Below the pieces are notes generated by a model. The model did no database searches. It saw only the letters and a list, made by a program, of their open reading frames with translations, and was not told the origin of the DNA. This document shows positions 1 through 11,455 of a stretch of DNA of 64,000 nt, piece by piece. Every line of letters starts with the position of its first letter. Position 1 is the first letter of the stretch. Source of the stretch: Octopus sinensis (Eukaryota). The DNA is taken from contig NC_043024.1 of assembly GCF_006345805.1 (NCBI RefSeq), positions 19,034,001-19,098,000 on the forward strand, read 5' to 3'. The position numbers were made by a program, and so were the translations under genes.

Positions 1-33
1 GTAAACAGCTAAGTTTTTTTTTATCTCACAACC

Positions 34-215
34 CATCAACATCATCATCATCGTCATCATCATCATTATCCCCATCACCACCATCATCATCATCATCATT
101 TAACATCCATTTTCCATGCTTGCATGGGTTGGATGCTTTGCCTAGCAGAGCTATGGCAAATTCCAGTTATATTTGACATGGCTTCTATGGTTGGATGTCT
201 TTCCTAATGCCAACC
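34..215 (-). mobile_element. Family A: short 3'-end copy of the RTE LINE 3' UTR with (GAT)n tail
   Basis: (CAT)n then TTTAACATCCATTTTCCATGCTTGCATGGGTTGG, matching the LINE end at 20169-20300. Confidence 0.7.
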
Positions 216-346
216 ACTTCAGGCAAGAAGAAGAAGGAAATGCTCTACCACTAACTGCAGATGGGAGTATTTTGAGGGAGGCAGAGTATGTGTGTGAAGT
301 GGGCTATTTGAGGGAGGCAGGGTACTTGAGGGGAGTATTTAAGGGA

Positions 347-822
347 GACAGGAATTTCAACCGTGTTTCGTGGTCTGCTACCACAACAGCTCCTTTATAG
401 GATCCAGTTAGCTCAAGACATCATCAGGAGGAACCACGCCTGGTTTCGGCCCCTACTCCTCTACTGTTTTGACGTGGCAGGGCCCCCCTTTTTTGAGGTG
501 TCTTCAGCTCTGGTGTTGGGTGCATGTCTTTCTTCTTCTTTCTTCTGTTCCCTGGCCTCTTTGATGTAGCGTCAGCGAGTGTCAGCTGGTGACTGGCTGT
601 CTTGTCAAATTTCTCCTTTAAATACCTGCTGCATAGGCTCCAGCAGGCAGCCCCAGCAAGTTGTCACGTGACACTGTCTCAGCTTTAACTGACCAATGAA
701 GGCACATAGTCTCAGCCCACACATTCTCTAAATGATACCGTCATCTCTCAGTCAGTGAAGCTACTTCAGTGTCATCTTGTCTCAGCTAGTGATGTTATTT
801 TCCTCCCGGAATGTTATAACTT
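347..822 (-). mobile_element. Penelope pseudo-LTR-like repeat, copy 1, with HHR-like core
   Basis: Closely similar to 2068-2790; minus strand has a TATTTAAA box, CTGATGA (427-421) and GAAAC (369-365). Confidence 0.55.
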
Positions 823-1099
823 TGAGGGAAACAAGTGAGGTGGATTATTTAATGGAGGCAGAATATTTGAGTGATGGTCACTTTATACTAAATGTTGAAG
901 GCTAAAATATTGCAATGAATGAAAAATTATATTCAGATAATTTCTCATTCATACCACGCTGAATTAGAACCCCACTCTCTGGTTTTGCAAGTGAAGATGG
1001 AAGAAATAATTCTTTGTGGTCATGTGACTGTTTAAAGCAAAAGCGTTATGATTTTGGTGCTTTGTACCGTGTGGGTAAACTATAAAGACTACTATTAAA

Positions 1100-1546
1100 G
1101 GCGACGAGCTGGCAGAAACGTTAGCACACTGGGTGAAATGCATAGCTGTATTTCATCTGCCGTTACGTTCTGAGTTCAAATTCCACCGAGGTCGACTTTG
1201 CCTTTCATCCTTTCAGGGTCTATAAATTAAGTACCAGTTACACACTGGGGTCGATATAATCGACTTAATCCATTTGTCTGTCCTTGTTTGTCCCCTCTAT
1301 GTTGAGCCCCTTGTGGGCAATAAAGAAATAAGAAATGTTAGCACGCCAGGTGAAATGTGTAGCCATATTTCATCTACCGTTTTGTTCTGAGTTCAAATCC
1401 TGCCAAGGTTGACTTTGCCTTTCATCCTTTTGGGGTCGATTAAATAAGTACCAGTTATGCACTGGAGTTGATGTAATCGACTTAATCCGTTTGTCTGTCC
1501 TTGTTTGTCCCCTCTATGTTTAGCCCCTTGTGGGTAATAAAGAAAT
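1100..1546 (+). mobile_element. tRNA-derived SINE family B, two tandem copies
   Basis: A-box-like TGGCAGAA, B-box-like GAGTTCAAATTCC, central GTCGACTTTGCCTTTCATCC...AAGTACCAG, end TAAAGAAATA. Confidence 0.85.
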
Positions 1547-1726
1547 ATATAAAGGCTACTATTACCCACATGGTGAGTTGGTTCATGCTGGAAGATGATG
1601 TAAATGGTTGATGTAGCATTTGGTGCCATGTGGTCAATGTGGAGCAGTTGACAAATGTGACGGTGCCGGGCAATTTAATGTGGAACAATGGACACAGTAT
1701 TTGGTGTCAAGGAAAACGGTAATAAT

Positions 1727-2008
1727 ATGACCAAATACTGCATGTACTCCATCCCATGCAGTTGTGGTAGGTTATACAGAGGTAAAACATGCCACCTCCT
1801 CAAAATAGGGGTAGAGGAACATTGCAAAGCTGTGACATGAGGAGATATTGATAAATCGGGTATAGCTGATCATGTATGGAAAAATGGAGACCTCCTCCCC
1901 CTGTGGGATGAAGTTAAAATAATAGACAGAGAACACCACTGGAAAATATGAAAACTAAAAGAAGGCGCACATATGCTAGGACACAACAACCTCTTAATCA
2001 GACTATGA
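1727..2008 (+). pseudogene. Penelope-like element GIY-YIG endonuclease fragment
   Basis: Manual translation MYSIPCSCGRLYRGKT...EEH...SGIADHVW...WDEVKIIDREHHWKI*KLKE; in-frame TGA stops consistent with CGA decay. Confidence 0.8.
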
Positions 2009-2067
2009 GGATTGCATCACCTGGATTTGAACATAGGAACCCAGCAACAGTCACTGCTCAGCAAGTA

Positions 2068-2790
2068 TACAGGAATTACAACTGTGTTTCGTGGTCTGCT
2101 ACCACAACAGCTCCTTTATAGGATCCAGTTAGCTTAAGACATCATCAGGAGGAACCACGTCCGGTTTAGGCCCCTACTCCTCTACCGTTTTGACGTGGCG
2201 GGGCTCCCCCTTTCGGAGGTGTCTTCAGCTCTGGTGTTGGGTGCATGTCTTCTTTCTTCTGTTCCTTGGCCTCTTCGATGTAGCGTCAGCGAGTGTCAGC
2301 CGGTGACTGACTGTCTTGTTAAATTTCTCCCTTTAAATACCTGCTGCTAGGTTCCAGCAGGCAGCCCCAGCGAGTTGTCATGTGACCCTGTCTCACCTTA
2401 ACTGACTTGTGAAGGCGCGTAGTTTCAGCCCGTGCTTTTTCTAAATGACTGTCATCATCATCATCATTGTTCGACCGTGGTCGAGACAATGGAATTTACC
2501 ATGCTACGCCAGACTTCACGGTCCATCATGGCATTACGAAGGTCCTGTTGCTGGATGCCTGTATCCCTGGAGATTACATCAGGGTAGGAGAGTGTGCGCC
2601 CTCTGGTATTGCGAGTAGATGGCTTCCAGAGGAAAAGAGTAGAGATTACCTCTTTTTCAGCTCTACAACAATGTCCAGCAAACTGGACTCTCCTACTTTT
2701 CACTGACCGTCACCTGTCAGTCAGCGAAGCTGATTCAGTCAGCTTGTCTCACCTAATGATGTTATTTCCTGTCGGCGTGTTTATGACTTT
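2068..2790 (-). mobile_element. Penelope pseudo-LTR-like repeat, copy 2, interrupted by an RTE fragment
   Basis: Homologous to 347-822; homology resumes after the 2455-2703 insertion. Confidence 0.55.
2455..2703 (-). mobile_element. RTE-clade LINE 3' fragment with (GAT)n tail and 9-bp TSD
   Basis: ORF RRVQFAGHCCR...LWKP...RGR...DTG...AMMDREVW typical of RTE ORF2 C-terminus; TSD TGACTGTCA 2446-2454 / TGACCGTCA 2704-2712. Confidence 0.8.
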
Positions 2791-2869
2791 CAGAGCCATT
2801 TTCGGTCTTCCCGCTTCAGCCAAATATAGAAGCTGGCTTTTTCGACCGCCCCCTGTACTCTCCTTATGG

Positions 2870-3620
2870 ACAAGCACATGGAGCAAAGTGCTTAGTGGTA
2901 TTTCATTCATCTTTATGTTCTGATTTCAAATTCTGCTGATGTCCTCTTTGCCTTTCTGGGTCAATAAAATAAGTACCAGTTAAGCACTGGGGCTCGATGT
3001 AATTGACTTACCCCCACCTCAAACATACTAGTCCTGTGTCAAATTGGAAACCATTATTAGTAAGCAAGTGTAATTCCGCTGAGGTCGACTTTACTTTTCA
3101 TCCTTTTGGGGTTGATAAATTAAGTACCAGTTGCATACTGGGGTCGATCTAATCGACTGGCCCCCTCCCCCAAAATTTCAGGCCTTATGCTTATAGTAGA
3201 AAGGTTTATTTGTAAGCAAGAGTAGGTGATGAGGTGGCATGCTGGGCAAAATGCTTTGTAGCATGACCTCTGGCGCTTCACATTCTGAGTTCAAATACCA
3301 CTGAAATCTATTTTGTCTTTCATCCTTTTGTAGTTGATAAAATAAGTACCTATTTCTTTATTACCCACAAGGGGCTAAACATAGAGGGGACAAACAAGGA
3401 CAGACATAGGTATTAAGTCGATTACATCAACCCCAGTGCGTAACTGGTACTTTATTTATCGACCCCGAAAGGATGAAAGGCAAAGTTGACCTCGGCGGAA
3501 TTTGAACTCAGAACGTAACGGCAGACGAAATACCGCTGAGCATTTCACCCAGCATGCTAACGTTTCTGCCAGCTCGCCACCTAAAATAAGTACCAGTTGA
3601 GTACTGGGGTTAATGTAATT
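2870..3620. mobile_element. Cluster of SINE family B copies and fragments (full minus copy 3352-3583)
   Basis: Repeated family B central domain on both strands. Confidence 0.8.
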
Positions 3621-3654
3621 TCTTTTCCTCTTCCTTTAAAATTGTTAACCTTAC

Positions 3655-3885
3655 TTCTTTCATTTCTTTTACTTCTTTTACTTGTTTCAGTCATTTGACT
3701 GTGGCCATGCTGGAGCACCACTTTTAGTCGAGCAAATTGACCCCGGGACTTATTCTTTGTAAGTCCAGTACTTATTCTATTGGTCTCTTTAGTCAAACCG
3801 CTAAGTGACGGGGACGTAAACACACCAGCATCGGTTGTCAAGCAATGCTAGGGGGACAAACACAGACACACAAACATACACACAC

Positions 3886-3950
<65 letters not shown>

Positions 3951-4112
3951 TACGACAGGCTTCTTTCAGTTTCCGTCTACCAAATCCACTCACAAGGCTT
4001 TGGTCAGCCCGAGGCTATAGTAGAAGACACTTGCCCAAGATGCCACGCAGTGGGACTGAACCTGGAACCATGTGGTTGGTTAGCAAGCTACTTACCACAC
4101 AGCCACTCCTTG
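3655..4112 (-). mobile_element. tRNA-derived CORE-type SINE family C with internal (TA)n/(TG)n
   Basis: Head GAGTGGCTGTGTGGTAAG, B-box GGTTCAGTCCC, MIR-core-like GGCATCTTGGGCAAGTG, tail (AAAGAGTA)n. Confidence 0.85.
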
Positions 4113-4940
4113 TCCCAAAATATGAAAGAAAATTAATTATTATCAAGATAATTTGATAATGTCATACAAAATCCATAAAAAATATTCCTAAAATACAAAA
4201 GAAAAACATTTATTAATTTTTATAAGATCTTTCATTGACTTTAATTAAATCTCAAAAAATCTGAAAAATACATTGACTGAATTTGAACCTAAGAATCCAG
4301 CTATAATATCCACTCAGCAACCATATAGCACCAATTATGGACAAAACAGCCGTTACTTGCTAAGCATTATTATTAATAATTGAGATAATCCAATCGATAA
4401 ACTCATACCAATTCTATCAGATCTTCAGAAATGGTAATATTTTAGTAGGAAATTAAAATCTCAGTTGATTTAGTCCAAATCATTATGTCTTCTTTGCAAT
4501 TTAACTTTCTACAAATTCCTTAGATCTTCCCCCACCTCCCCTCTCAGCCATCTGACCACAATCTGAAGCAGCGGACACCTAATATCTATTCCATGCAGCA
4601 GATGATCTTCATTGTTTTATGCTTAACCAATAACCCCACACCAGAGCTGACCACTTGTCCTGGCAATTAACCTCCATTTGAAACAACAGCTAATCTCTAT
4701 TCCACAAACCCCTATCCTGTACAACAACTGACCTTATTGCTCAACAGTTAACCAACAACCCATACAAGAGCTGACCCCCTCACCAAATCCCATTCCATAC
4801 AACTGTGAACTCAAAATTTACGGTTATCCCCACCTCCATCTCAAACAGTAGCTTATTCCAAGCCTTCTCTATGCTCTGTGATGAATCTCAGGACACAGAG
4901 GGCAAAACAGCTGATTTCCATGGGACATAATTGATCAATA

Positions 4941-5175
4941 TCTATTTCTTTATTACCCACAAGGGACTAAACACAGAGGGAACAAATAAGGACAGACAAA
5001 TTGATTAAGTCGATTAGATCGATCCCAGTGCGTAACTGGTACTTATTTAATCGACCCTGAACGGATGAAAGGCAAAGTCGACCTTGACGGAATTTGAACT
5101 CAGAACGTAATGGCAGACGAAATACGGCTACGCATTTCGCCTGGCATGCTAAGGTTTCTGCCAGCTCACCGCCTT
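4941..5175 (-). mobile_element. SINE family B
   Basis: Full-length match to 1100-1332. Confidence 0.85.
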
Positions 5176-5419
5176 GATCAATATCACAATGTGACTCATT
5201 TCCAGCTGTGTAAAAGACCCCCTTCAGTCATGAATGACCATAGGATTGCACCTAGAAAGTTGCCCTCCAAGGCACATGCTCAGACAAGGTAGTTTCTAAA
5301 GAACCAGCAGTTGCCCATGTGTACCAGCCTCCTCTCTCCATGCCACCAATGTTGTCCAAGGGAAAGGCAAAGGCTTATTGCAACTTGGCACCAGTGACAT
5401 TGCGACTCATATTTACAGA

Positions 5420-5703
5420 TAAGTTACCAGCATCGCCTTACTGGCACCTGTGCCGGTGGCATGTGTAAAAAGATTCGAGAGAGGTCATTGCCAGTACCGC
5501 CTGATTGGCACCAGTGCTGGTGGCACGTAAAAGCACCCACTACACTCTCGGAGTGGTTGGCTTTAGGAAGGGCATCCAGCTGTAGAAACTCTGCCAGATT
5601 AAGACTGAAGCCTGGTGCAGCCATCTGGTTTGCCAGCCCTCAGTCAAATCGTCCAACCCATGCTAGCATGGAAAACGGACGTTAAACGATGATGATGATG
5701 ATG
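5420..5703 (+). mobile_element. Family A (RTE 3' UTR copy) with (GAT)n tail
   Basis: GGAAGGGCATCCAGC...CCAACCCATGCTAGCATGGAAAACGGACGTTAAACGATGATGAT. Confidence 0.85.
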
Positions 5704-5704
5704 A

Positions 5705-5822
5705 GTGAACTAGAGCAATTTGAAAAAAAATGTCTTGCTCAAGAACACAACCCAGTCCACGAATCGAACTTACTACCTCATGATTGTGAAACTGAAGCTC
5801 TAACCCACTGAGCCATGTGGCT
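5705..5822 (-). mobile_element. tRNA-derived SINE family G, 5' part
   Basis: Minus strand TGGCTCAGTGGGTTAG...GTTCGATTC...GTGTTCTTGAGCAAGAC; related to 6410-6517 and 30425-30705. Confidence 0.65.
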
Positions 5823-5912
5823 TCACAGCTGAGTAGAACTGCAAAAATATGAAATGAACTCTGCACTGGTCTTGAATCTCTGGACACAGAGGGCAAAATA
5901 GCTGATTTCCAT

Positions 5913-6305
5913 ACTCTTTTACTCTTTTAATTGTTTCAGTCATCTGACTGTGGCCATGCTGGGGCACCGCCTTTAATCGAGCAACTCGACCCCGGGACTT
6001 ATTCTTTGTAAGCCTAGTACTTATTCTATCGGTTTCTAATGCCAAACCACTAAGTTATGGGGACGTAAACACACCAGCATCGGTTGTCAATCGATGTTGG
6101 AGTGACAAACACAGACACACACACACACACACACATATATATACATATATACGATGGGCTTCTTTTCAGTTTCCATCTACCAAATCCACTCACAAGGCTT
6201 TGGTCGGCCTGAGGCTATAGTAGAAGACACTTGCCCAAGGTGCCATGCAGTGGGACCAAACCCGGTACCATGTGGTTTGTAAGCAAACTACTTACCACAG
6301 TGCCA
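5913..6305 (-). mobile_element. SINE family C
   Basis: Full-length match to 3655-4112. Confidence 0.85.
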
Positions 6306-6409
6306 TTCCATAGTGTATAAATGAATAACATTGCAACATCATCCCCTTGGATACAATTACAGTCCATCACAGGGTTACTCACTTTTGCCAGCTCAGTTCA
6401 AACAGCAAT

Positions 6410-6517
6410 AAAATGAAATGAAGTGTTTTGCTAAAGAACAACAACACAGCACCCAGTCCAGGAATCGAAACTGCAGTCTAGCAGTTGTGAGCACAAATCC
6501 TTAACCACTTGGCCACT
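6410..6517 (-). mobile_element. SINE family G, 5' part
   Basis: Minus strand GTGGCCAAGTGGTTAAGG...GTTTCGATTCC...GTTCTTTAGCAAAACAC. Confidence 0.6.
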
Positions 6518-6552
6518 TGCTTTCATCCACATTCAACAGTGCTAACCCCAAT

Positions 6553-7157
6553 ACTATTTCTTTATTACCCACAAGGGGCTAAACATAGAGGGGGCAAACA
6601 AGGACACACAAACAGATTAAGTCGATTACATCAACCCCAGTGCGTAACCGGTATTTATTTAATCGACCCCAAAAGAATGAAAGGCAAAGTCGAACTTGGC
6701 AGAATTTGAACTCAGAACATAGCGGCAGACAAAATACTTATTTCTTCACTACCCACAAGGGGCCAAACATAGAGGGGACAAACAAGGACAGACAAATGGA
6801 TTAAGTCAATTACATCGACCCCAGTGCATAACTGGTACTTATTTAATCGACCCCGAAAGGATGAAAGGTGAAAGGCAAAGTCAGCCTCGGCGGAATTTGA
6901 ACTCAGAATGTAACGGCAGACGAAATCCTATTTCTTTACTACCCACAAGGGGCTAAACACAGAGGGGACAAACAAGGACACAGATTAAGTTGATTACATC
7001 GACCCCAGTGCATAACTGGTACTTAATTTATCGACCCCGAAAGGATGAAAGGCAAAGTCGACCTTGGCGGAATTTGAACTCAGAACGTAACGGCAGACGA
7101 AATACTGCTAAGCATTTCGCCCGGCGTGCTAACGATTCTGCCAGCTCATCGCCTCCC
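6553..7157 (-). mobile_element. SINE family B head-to-tail trimer
   Basis: One full copy (6926-7157) followed on the minus strand by two copies lacking the A-box head. Confidence 0.85.
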
Positions 7158-7489
7158 CTGGTACCTACTCAATAGTTAATCCCAGCCAAATAAATAAAAG
7201 CAGAATCGATTAAATATTTTCTTTTTCTAAAGAATCTGACAGAAAATCTCATTTTAGGAAATAATTTTGGTGAGGAATTTTAATCAAAAGTTTTTTTGTG
7301 ATTTGTTTATTTATTTATTTGTTTACTTATTTATTAAGGAAGTTCATTTAGAGATTAATTGGTCCACTATAGTCTTTATTGATTAGGGTCAATGTTGATA
7401 CATTAATTAGTTATGGGGGGAGTGGAGGGGGAGGGTAAGAAATCAAAAATGAGTTATTGTTTCAAGCTGGCTGGTAAGTAGCACTAAAA

Positions 7490-7795
7490 ATTGAATATGA
7501 AGCTGATGGTGATGATGTCAATGATGATGATGATGGTGATGGTAATGATGATGATGATGATGATGATGGTGAGGAAGATGAGGAAGTTGAGGAAGAGGAT
7601 GATGATGACTACAACAATGATGATGATCATGATGATCATCATCACCATGACAACTGCAACAATGATGATGTTGACTGATAATGATGATGATTGACAATAA
7701 TGGCAATGATGATGATGATAACAGGGATGATGATGATGATGATGACAATGATGATGATTTTGTTGATGATGATGATGATGATGATGATGATGACA
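7490..7795. repeat. (GAT)n-rich microsatellite
   Basis: Directly visible. Confidence 0.95.
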
Positions 7796-7804
7796 AACAT
7801 TAAT

Positions 7805-9010
7805 AATATATTGTTTTCTGTAAAAACTCCAAGAAACTAGATTCTTTCAATTAACAGTAATAAACTGCAAACATTTACAATTAATAATAATTGAGTTAAG
7901 AGTACTTCTGACTACTAAAACTGTTGTTAATTATTTCTATAATAAAGACAAGAATATTAAGATTTATCAAAGACTGATTCTTCTCATGTCATTCACACTA
8001 TTCTTTCTATTGTTAGAAATATTTTTGTCGTTTAGCGTACTGCAGATTTTCTTTCATTTAGTAAATATGATAAATTTACATCACATGTTCTTAACAGTGC
8101 AGTTGTCTCTCCTGCATATGCAAATTACCCAACACAAAAAGAATACCATAAGACATTTAATAAACAGTAACATCAAAGCTAGCAATGGCCACAAGTCTAA
8201 TTTTAACAAACTGGGCACCTTCAGTTAAAAGTAATATACTGCAAACATTTATCTTCAATATGTATTGAGTTGAGAATAGTTCTGATTGCTAAAACCGTCT
8301 TTGTTTCAATGTTAAAGAGAAAAATACTGAGATTTATCAAAGACCAACTCTTCCCATATCTTTAATAATATTCTTTCTGCTGTTAGAAATATTTTGGGCA
8401 GCACACTGCAATTTTTCTTCCATTCAGTAAATGCAATTAATTTGCATCACATGTCCTTAACGGCACAGTTGTTTCTCCTACATATGCAAATTTCCTAAAA
8501 CAACAAGAATATCATAAGTCATTTAATAAACAATAACATCAAAGTTAGCTATAGCTGCAAGCCTAATTTATATATAGGCACTATAATATAGCGTCTTCTG
8601 AGAAAAATTCAGCAACCTAGAGTCTTTCCATTAACAATAATAAATTGCAAACATTTAATTTCAATATGCATTGAGTTAAGAGTATTTCTGATTGCTAAAA
8701 CTGTCTTTAATTATTTCAGCCATAATGACAAAAATACTGAGATTATCAAAGCCAGTTTTTTTCCCATATCATTCATAATATCCTCTCTGTTGTTAGAAAT
8801 ATTTTTGACAGACAACGTACTGCAATTTTTCGTCCATTCAGTAAATATATTAAATTTGCATCAGATGTCCTTAACAGCGCAGTTGTCTCTCCCACATATG
8901 CAAATTTCCAGCACATCAGGAATATCATAAGTTATTTAATAAAAACAACATGAAAGTTATATACAGCTGCAAGCCTAATTATATAAGCAGTATAATATAT
9001 TGTTATCTGT
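7805..9010. repeat. Three diverged tandem copies of a ~370-410 bp AT-rich unit
   Basis: Landmarks such as TGCAAACATTT (near 7865, 8240, 8645), CATATGCAAATT and TTGTTAGAAATATTTT recur once per unit. Confidence 0.8.
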
Positions 9011-9629
9011 AAAAAAAGGTAGATATTAAAAAAAAAACACAGCATACCAAATACAAAATAAAGAAAAATAAAGAATTTTTATGTAATCCCAGCTGCATGG
9101 AAACATGTTTATTTAATGCTTAAAGCCTAGAGTAATCCAATAGTGTGCAGAACAGAAATAAAAATTGCTGATGGGTAATAAAAATATAAATTCTTGAAAG
9201 CGAAAGTAGTATATCCAAAACAATGTTAAAAATAAATGAATAAGAAAAAAACTAAATTGCTACTGCTTCGTCTAATGTATCTGGGTATTAAAAAGACCAG
9301 ATCATAAAACTAAAGCTATATTTTTGTACGAAATATGTTTATTCTGCCAGCCTAAGAGGGGAAGTAAGCAACCATTTAGCAATGGCCAATGCTCAGAGGT
9401 AATGAAAACCATCAATTTTCTTTTAAGAAGGATTCACAGCTGTGTTGTGATATCAAAAGAGAGATGATTTCAATGATGCAATGGATGAAAAGGTGTATTT
9501 CACAAATATACTTTGAGCCAATAGCCAGTATCAAAGAGGTTAATGCAACGAGGTGTCAACTAGGAGGTAAAAGTTCAATTTCCCACTGTCACTCACTTCA
9601 CTTTGATTCTTGTTCATTTGTTCTACAAA

Positions 9630-9890
9630 CTGATATATATACATACATATATGTATATTTATGTATATACATATTATGTATGTATATGTATTCACACACA
9701 CACACACATATATATATATACATATTATGTGTATGTATATATATATATATACATATATGTATATTTATATATATATATATATACATATTATGTATGTATA
9801 TGTATATACACACATACATATATATATACATATATACATATGTATGTACATATAAATATATATATACATATACATATATATCTACATAAG
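9630..9890. repeat. (TA)n/(CA)n compound microsatellite
   Basis: Directly visible. Confidence 0.95.
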
Positions 9891-9897
9891 ATTCTAG

Positions 9898-9975
9898 CAA
9901 AAACTGTCCGACGAACGGCAACGTGTAACTCAGAGTAACAGGTTTTGTTGAATTTTCTGCTGCTTTAAATAAAGT
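9898..9975 (+). ncRNA. Family E repeat with minimal type I hammerhead-like motif (core variants)
   Basis: CAAAAACTGT-CCGACGA-ACG GCAA CGT-GTAA-CTC A GAG-TA-ACAGGTTTTG; stem I pairs 9 of 10; downstream sequence matches 58186-58234. Confidence 0.6.
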
Positions 9976-10796
9976 ATATATCTACATATATAGATACATA
10001 TACTTTTAAAATCTTAGGGAATAATAAGTATTCCAGGTTATCAGGACGTTTATTAGTTTACACTTTACTAATGCAATGTAAACAGTATCATTTATAATAT
10101 ATAATATTATTACAAATTTGGGATTTTACCAAAAGAACCACAGGATAACCTTATTGTATGGAATACACATAGAAAGTTAGATCCAGCAAAATAATACAAG
10201 CAGTTAAAAAACCTACTATAAAATACAATAAAATTATTTGAAAAGATATTTGAAAAAATATATTATAACTTATCTGTTATTAGTCTGTGGGGAAAGAAAA
10301 TATTTTTAATCAAAGCTACACATGTTTCTGTGCTGGTGGGGTGCTTATCAAGGTTATACCTAATAATAAAACCACCAGTGTGTCTTCTGGCTATTTATCT
10401 TATTGTTATTATTATTAATGGACCAAAGTTAAAAATACATTATTATAAGTCATATTAAATAGAAAAATAAGAATATGAATAAAAATATAATTAAAATATA
10501 TAAATTACAAATATATTTTTATCAAGTAGTTAGCGTGAAAAATATGGTTGTTTGTCTGGTATGTTGATTTTTTTCATTCATTATAAATCTTGAATTATGT
10601 GTGCACTCATGATTAAAAAGGGCATTTCTGCACTAATTATCAAATCACGTGGTTTGCAGCTGAATTATGTTTTTAAGTGGCTAAGCTTCGAGAGTTGCAT
10701 TCCCTCACTTTCGGTACGATGTGTTTATTTATTTTGGTAGTTTTGACTGAAAAAATGCTCCCCATACTCCTAGTTTGTCAGACAGTTGTGATCATA

Positions 10797-10930
10797 TTGT
10801 CGGATAAACAGTAATGTGAAATTCTGAGTAACACTCTGGGAAGATTTGTTCAGCTTTAATGAAAGTGTGTAACTCTACATTCAGTATTTGAGTACTATTT
10901 TTCCCTCCTTGTTTTGCATTTATGTGCTTA
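10797..10930 (+). ncRNA. Diverged family E copy with degenerate hammerhead-like motif
   Basis: TGT-CGGATAA-ACA GTAA TGT-GAAA-TTC T GAG-TA-ACA, then GTATTTGAGTACT...ATTTATGTG shared with 58041-58100 minus. Confidence 0.45.
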
Positions 10931-10934
10931 ATCA

Positions 10935-11455
10935 TGTACATACACACACATTCATACCTACATATGTGTATGCATATATATATACACACATACACACAAG
11001 CACACACACACTCATACATACATATGTCTATGCATATTTCTCTCTCTCTCTCTACACACACACTCATACCTACATATGTGTATGCACATATATGTATACA
11101 CACATACACACAAACACACATACACTCATATGTGTATGCATATCTATACACACACACTCATACTTACATATATGTATGCATATATATTTATATACATACA
11201 CACACATACACACAAACACACACACAATCATACTTGCATATGTGTATACATATCTATACACACACACACACACACATACACACACACTCACTCACAGTAA
11301 GTTTCTTTCAGTTTCTGTCTGCCACATCTATTCACAGTTCAAAGGTATTGATCAACCCTGGGCAGGAAATACTTGCCCAAAGGTGTCATGCAGTGGGATT
11401 GAACCCAAAATTATATGGTTGGGAAGCACTCTTCTTAACTACATAGCAACGCCTG
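10935..11455 (-). mobile_element. SINE family C 5' half (11296-11455) with expanded (CA/TA)n
   Basis: Diverged family C head adjacent to microsatellite. Confidence 0.6.

Noticed and set aside
9370-9560. Two CCAAT words and ORF 9389-9889
   Set aside because: The ORF runs into microsatellite; CCAAT words alone are not evidence of a promoter
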